Source: Alphaproteobacteria bacterium
Lineage (GTDB): Bacteria; Pseudomonadota; Alphaproteobacteria; Bin95
DNA length: 64,000 bases
Assembly: GCA_965205265.1 (NCBI GenBank)
Contig: CBDBGH010000003.1
Coordinates: 1,472,001 to 1,536,000 of the forward strand
Reading direction: 5' to 3'
Positions 60,007 through 64,000 of the stretch are shown piece after piece. The stretch's first letter is position 1; every line of letters begins with the position of its first letter. The notes beneath the pieces were generated by a model. It had not been told where the DNA came from. It saw only the letters and a list, made by a program, of their open reading frames with translations, and did no database searches. The position numbers and the translations under genes were made by a program.

Positions 60007-60228
60007 ATGAAGCCCGACATCCATCCCGAGTATCACGAAATCAACGTCGTGATGACCGACGGGACCGAGTTCAAGACGCGCTCGACCTGGGGCAGCGAGG
60101 GCGACACCTTGCGGCTCGACATCGACCCGCTCTCCCATCCCGCCTGGATCGGGGGCAACCAGCGGCTTGTCGATACGGGCGGGCAGGTGGCGCGCTTCAA
60201 CAAGCGCTTCAAGAATTTCGGCGTCTAG
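60007..60228 (+). CDS. rpmE: 50S ribosomal protein L31
   Basis: [22 protein letters not shown]. Confidence 0.96.
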   Translation: MKPDIHPEYHEINVVMTDGTEFKTRSTWGSEGDTLRLDIDPLSHPAWIGGNQRLVDTGGQVARFNKRFKNFGV

Positions 60229-60243
60229 CCGCCCTTCCGGCCG

Positions 60244-61149
60244 ATGGACGGCGAGACGCTCTCGCCTGCCGCGCCCCTATCGGCTTCGGCTTGCGACTAC
60301 GCGGCGCATGAGGTCCATCGCCCGGACCGGCAATTGCTGCCGGTTGTCGTGGCGAGCCCCCATAGCGGCTCGGTCTATCCCCGCGCCCTGCTGGAGGCAT
60401 CTCCCCTCGATCTCGACCTGCTGCGCCGGTCCGAGGACTGCCATGTGGACCGGCTCGGGGCCGGTGCGGTGGAGGCAGGCGCGCCGCTGCTCCGCGCCCA
60501 TGTCCCGCGCGTTTTCCTGGACGTGAACCGCGAGCCCTGGGAACTCGACCCGGCGATGTTCGCCGAGCCGCTGCCGCGCTATGTGAAGACCCGGACGCCG
60601 CGCATCGCATCCGGGCTCGGCACCATCCCGCGCCTCGTCGGCAACGGGCTCGAAATCTACCGCGCCAAGCTTACGTTCCGCGAGGCGCGGCAGCGGGTGG
60701 AGCGTTTCCACGCGCCCTATCACGCGGCGCTGGCGGCGCTGATCGAGGAGACCCGCCGGCGGTTCGGGCACGCGCTGCTGATCGACCTGCACTCGATGCC
60801 GTCCGCGAGCTGGGGCGGGCGCTGGCCCGAAGGCGCGAAAGGCGCCGACATCGTGCTGGGCGACTGCTACGGCAAGGCGTGCGCGCGCGCCGTTACCGCA
60901 GCCGCCCACGACCATCTCTCGGACCGGGGCTACACGGTGGTGCGCAACGACCCCTATTCCGGCGGCTACACGACGAGGCGCTACGGCCGCCCCCGCCAGG
61001 GCCGCCATGCGCTCCAGGTGGAGATCAACCGGTCGCTCTACATGGACGAGGCGACGCTTGCGCCCAGGGCCGGGTTCGCGCAGGTGGCCCGCGACCTGAC
61101 GAGCCTGTTCGAGCGCCTGGCGGGCGCCCTGCAACACCGGCCGGCATGA
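60244..61149 (+). CDS. N-formylglutamate amidohydrolase family protein
   Basis: SPHSG, D.NR, DLHSMPS, N.PY.GG, HALQVEINR. Confidence 0.9.
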   Translation: MDGETLSPAAPLSASACDYAAHEVHRPDRQLLPVVVASPHSGSVYPRALLEASPLDLDLLRRSEDCHVDRLGAGAVEAGAPLLRAHVPRVFLDVNREPWELDPAMFAEPLPRYVKTRTPRIASGLGTIPRLVGNGLEIYRAKLTFREARQRVERFHAPYHAALAALIEETRRRFGHALLIDLHSMPSASWGGRWPEGAKGADIVLGDCYGKACARAVTAAAHDHLSDRGYTVVRNDPYSGGYTTRRYGRPRQGRHALQVEINRSLYMDEATLAPRAGFAQVARDLTSLFERLAGALQHRPA

Positions 61150-61871
61150 ACCCGCCCCGCATCTCTGCGGGCGACGCCCTCTTCTTGGACCTCGACGGCA
61201 CGCTGGTGGGGATTGCGCCGACGCCGGACGCCGTGCGGCCCGCAAGCCATCTGGGAGCGCTTCTCGAAAGCGCATCCCGGCATGTCGGGTCGGCGCTGGC
61301 CATCGTCAGCGGGCGTTCCATCCGCCAGATAGACAGCCTGCTGGTGCCGCTCGCGCTGCCTGCCGCCGGTTTGCACGGCCTCGAACGGCGTTCCGCCGGC
61401 GGCGCATACAGCCCGCCGCCCGCCCTGCCCCGCTGCGACGAGCTGCGGGCGGCGCTCGGGCGCTTCGCGGCGGACCGTCCGGGCCTCCTGCTCGAAGACA
61501 AGGAGGCCGCGCTGGCCTTGCACTACCGCGCCCGGCCTGAATTGGAGGCGGAGGCCGTTGCCGCCGTCGAAGAAGCCCTTGGCGGTCTGCGCAGCGGCAT
61601 CGCGGTCCAGCACGGCAAGGCGGTCATCGAGCTTCGCCCCGAGGGCGCGGACAAGGGCGCGGCGGTGGCGGCCTTCATGTCCGAGCCGCCCTTCGCCGGC
61701 CGGCGTCCGGTATTTACAGGCGACGACATAACGGACGAAGCTGCGTTCCGCGCCGTGCGTCGGCGAGGCGGCGTCGCGGTGCGTGTCGGCGATGAGGCCG
61801 CCACCGCCGCGGAATGGCGCCTTGCGGATGTGGCGGCCGTCCATGCCTGGCTGGCCGATTTGGAGGGATGA
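61146..61871 (+). CDS. otsB: Trehalose-6-phosphate phosphatase
   Basis: FLDLDGTL, SGR, E.K..ALALHYR, GDD.TDE. Confidence 0.92.
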   Translation: MNPPRISAGDALFLDLDGTLVGIAPTPDAVRPASHLGALLESASRHVGSALAIVSGRSIRQIDSLLVPLALPAAGLHGLERRSAGGAYSPPPALPRCDELRAALGRFAADRPGLLLEDKEAALALHYRARPELEAEAVAAVEEALGGLRSGIAVQHGKAVIELRPEGADKGAAVAAFMSEPPFAGRRPVFTGDDITDEAAFRAVRRRGGVAVRVGDEAATAAEWRLADVAAVHAWLADLEG

Positions 61872-61872
61872 G

Positions 61873-63651
61873 ATGCGCTCGCTCGAACTAAGCATGATCG
61901 GCAACAGCAGCTACGCCGCGCTGCTCGACCCGCGCGGGCGCATCGTCTGGGCCTGCATGCCGCGCTTCGACGGCAACCCGGTATTCTGCGACCTGCTGGA
62001 GCCCGAGACGGATATCGGCTTTTACGAGGTCGAGATCGAAGGCTTCCTGCGCAGCGAACAGACCTACCGGCCCAACTCCGCCATCGTGGAGACCTGCCTG
62101 TTCGCGGAGAACGGGGCGGCCATCGAGATCCTGGACTTCGCGCCCCGCTTCAAGCAGTTCGGGCGGCTGTTCCGGCCGTTGAGCCTTGTGCGCCGCATCC
62201 GCCGCCTGGGCGGCGCGCCGCGCATCCGCATAAGGCTGCGCCCCGCCGGAAATTACGGCGCCGAGCCCGCGGAAGTCACGCGCGGCAGCAACCATGTCCG
62301 CTACATATTGCCGGACCACGTGCTGCGCCTGACGACGGAGGCGCCGGTTTCCTACGTGCTCGACGAGACATCGTTCCTCCTGGACAAGCCTGTCGATCTC
62401 ATCCTGGCGCAGGACGAGGCGCTGACGCGGCCGGTGCATGAGGTCGCGCGCGAATTCGAGGAACGGACGGATGAATACTGGCGCGAATGGGCGCGCTACC
62501 TTGCCGTGCCCTTCGAATGGCAGGACGCCGTCATACGCGCGGCGATCACGCTCAAGCTCTGCTCGGTCGAGGACAGCGGCGCCATCGTCGCGGCCGTCAC
62601 CACCTCGGTGCCCGAAGCGGCGGGCACGGAGCGCAATTGGGACTACCGCTTCTGCTGGCTGCGCGACGCCTATTTCACCATACGCGCGCTCAACCGCCTC
62701 GGCGCCACGCGGACCATGGAGGAGTTCCTCCGCTATATCCTGAATATCGTCGCCGCGAGCCCCGACGGCCGCCTGCAGCCGGTGTTCGGCGTGCAGATGG
62801 AGACGACGCTCTCCGAGTCCGCCATCGAAAGCCTGGGCGGCTATCGGGGGCACCGGCCCGTGCGCGTCGGCAACCTCGCCTATGTGCAGACCCAGCACGA
62901 TGTGTACGGCGCCGTGGTGCTCGCCTGCGCCCAGGCGTTTTTCGACCGGCGCATCGACCTGCATGGCGACGACCGGCTGTTCGAGACCCTGGAGCGCATC
63001 GGCGAGGTGGCGGCGCGCATGTACGACCAGCCCGATGCCGGCCTCTGGGAGCTGCGCGGGCGCCAGCGCCCCCACACTTTCTCCGCCCTGATGTGCTGGG
63101 CCGCCTGCGACCGCCTGGCCCGGATCGCCATGCAGCTCGACCATCCGGACCGCGCGTCCGTGTGGAACGGGCACGCCCGGACGATCCGGGCCCGGATAGA
63201 GCAGGACGGCTGGAACGAGGAGAAGCAGGCCTATGTCAGCGCATTCGGCGGCACGGAGGTGGATGCGGCGCTGCTGCTGATGCACGAGCTCTCCTTCTGC
63301 GAGGCCGACGATCCGCGCTTTCTCGGCACCGTCGCCGCCGTCGAGCGGGAGCTCCTCCGGGGCGACCATGTGTTCCGCTATGTCGAGGCCGACGACTTCG
63401 GGACGCCTCACAACGCGTTCAATGTCTGCACTTTCTGGTATATCGATGCCCTGGCGGCGATCGGCCGCCGGGACGAGGCGCGCCGGCTGTTCGAGAACAT
63501 GCTGGCCTGCCGGAACCGGGCGGGTCTCCTCTCCGAGGACCTGAACACCGAGACGAACGAGCTATGGGGCAACATTCCGCAGACCTACAGCATGGTCGGC
63601 CTGATCGTGTCGGCATTGCGCCTCTCGAAGTCCTGGGAGGAAGCGTTCTGA
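61873..63651 (+). CDS. Glycoside hydrolase family 15 (trehalase-like)
   Basis: TTS.PE, RNWDYR.CWLRD, GLWE.R, GLLSED, WGN.PQ.YS. Confidence 0.92.
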   Translation: MRSLELSMIGNSSYAALLDPRGRIVWACMPRFDGNPVFCDLLEPETDIGFYEVEIEGFLRSEQTYRPNSAIVETCLFAENGAAIEILDFAPRFKQFGRLFRPLSLVRRIRRLGGAPRIRIRLRPAGNYGAEPAEVTRGSNHVRYILPDHVLRLTTEAPVSYVLDETSFLLDKPVDLILAQDEALTRPVHEVAREFEERTDEYWREWARYLAVPFEWQDAVIRAAITLKLCSVEDSGAIVAAVTTSVPEAAGTERNWDYRFCWLRDAYFTIRALNRLGATRTMEEFLRYILNIVAASPDGRLQPVFGVQMETTLSESAIESLGGYRGHRPVRVGNLAYVQTQHDVYGAVVLACAQAFFDRRIDLHGDDRLFETLERIGEVAARMYDQPDAGLWELRGRQRPHTFSALMCWAACDRLARIAMQLDHPDRASVWNGHARTIRARIEQDGWNEEKQAYVSAFGGTEVDAALLLMHELSFCEADDPRFLGTVAAVERELLRGDHVFRYVEADDFGTPHNAFNVCTFWYIDALAAIGRRDEARRLFENMLACRNRAGLLSEDLNTETNELWGNIPQTYSMVGLIVSALRLSKSWEEAF

Positions 63652-63912
63652 GGGACCGTTCCGGAATGGCGTCCATGCAAGGGTCCGGTCCGCTTCCGCT
63701 ACGTCCGAACGCCACCCTCCGACAGGCTCATGGCAGGCTTCTTCGTCATGCCCGGACTTGTTCCGGGCATCCATACGGCCGTCCGGTGGAAGCGGTGGAG
63801 AGAGATACCCGGAACAAGTCCGGGTATGACGGGAAAGGGCGCGGGAAGAGGATCTGGGCAACGCCTTCGGTCCTGTCTCGACACGCCCCGACGCTAATTC
63901 GCAAGCGGTCTC
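63652..63912. mobile_element. MITE-like element, second copy (inverted relative to 57496-57987)
   Basis: GGGACCGTTCCGGAATGGCGTCCATGCAAGG start and ACGCCTTCGGTCCTGTCTCGA...GCGGTCTC end match the reverse complement of the first copy; internal REP palindrome 63744-63831. Confidence 0.72.
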
Positions 63913-63928
63913 CGAGGAGGCCCGCGCC

Positions 63929-64000
63929 GTGAGCCGGCTCATTGTCGTCTCCAACCGCGTGGCTCCTGTCGATGAGACCAAGCCGACGTCCGGGGGGCTC
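63929..64000 (+). CDS. otsA: Trehalose-6-phosphate synthase, 5' fragment at the window edge
   Basis: GTG start after a GAGGAGG RBS; SRLIVVSNRV...SGGL; follows otsB-GH15. Confidence 0.85.
   Translation, partial: MSRLIVVSNRVAPVDETKPTSGGL

Overview
High-GC alphaproteobacterial (Rhodospirillales-like, by gene content) chromosomal window of mostly housekeeping and metabolic genes: nrdB, mcd-like acyl-CoA dehydrogenase, gshB/comM/yraN/rsmI/lppC, mnmA, cysteine desulfurase-ferredoxin-tenA, a TRAP transporter, ispB, rpmE and an otsB-GH15-otsA trehalose operon. It also holds a HicAB pair, an intact IS630, two copies of an IS5/IS1031-like MITE and several REP-like palindromes. No rRNA, tRNA or CRISPR array was seen. 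The main unexplained structure is a dispersed element present three times (about 2685-3939 on +, 16335-16856 on -, 54186-54993 on -). Each copy has the same order: AT-rich sigma70-like promoter, covarying hairpin, a conserved ~90-bp GC core, a variable middle, and CATGACA heptamers at mostly 10-bp spacing. One copy carries an orphan terminase-small-subunit-like gene and the other two are empty. Other oddities are a perfect 26-bp inverted repeat inside rsmI that appears to rewrite part of the protein, and an IS630 inserted into a CTAG shared by two convergent stop codons. All calls come from reading motifs by eye; no searches were run.
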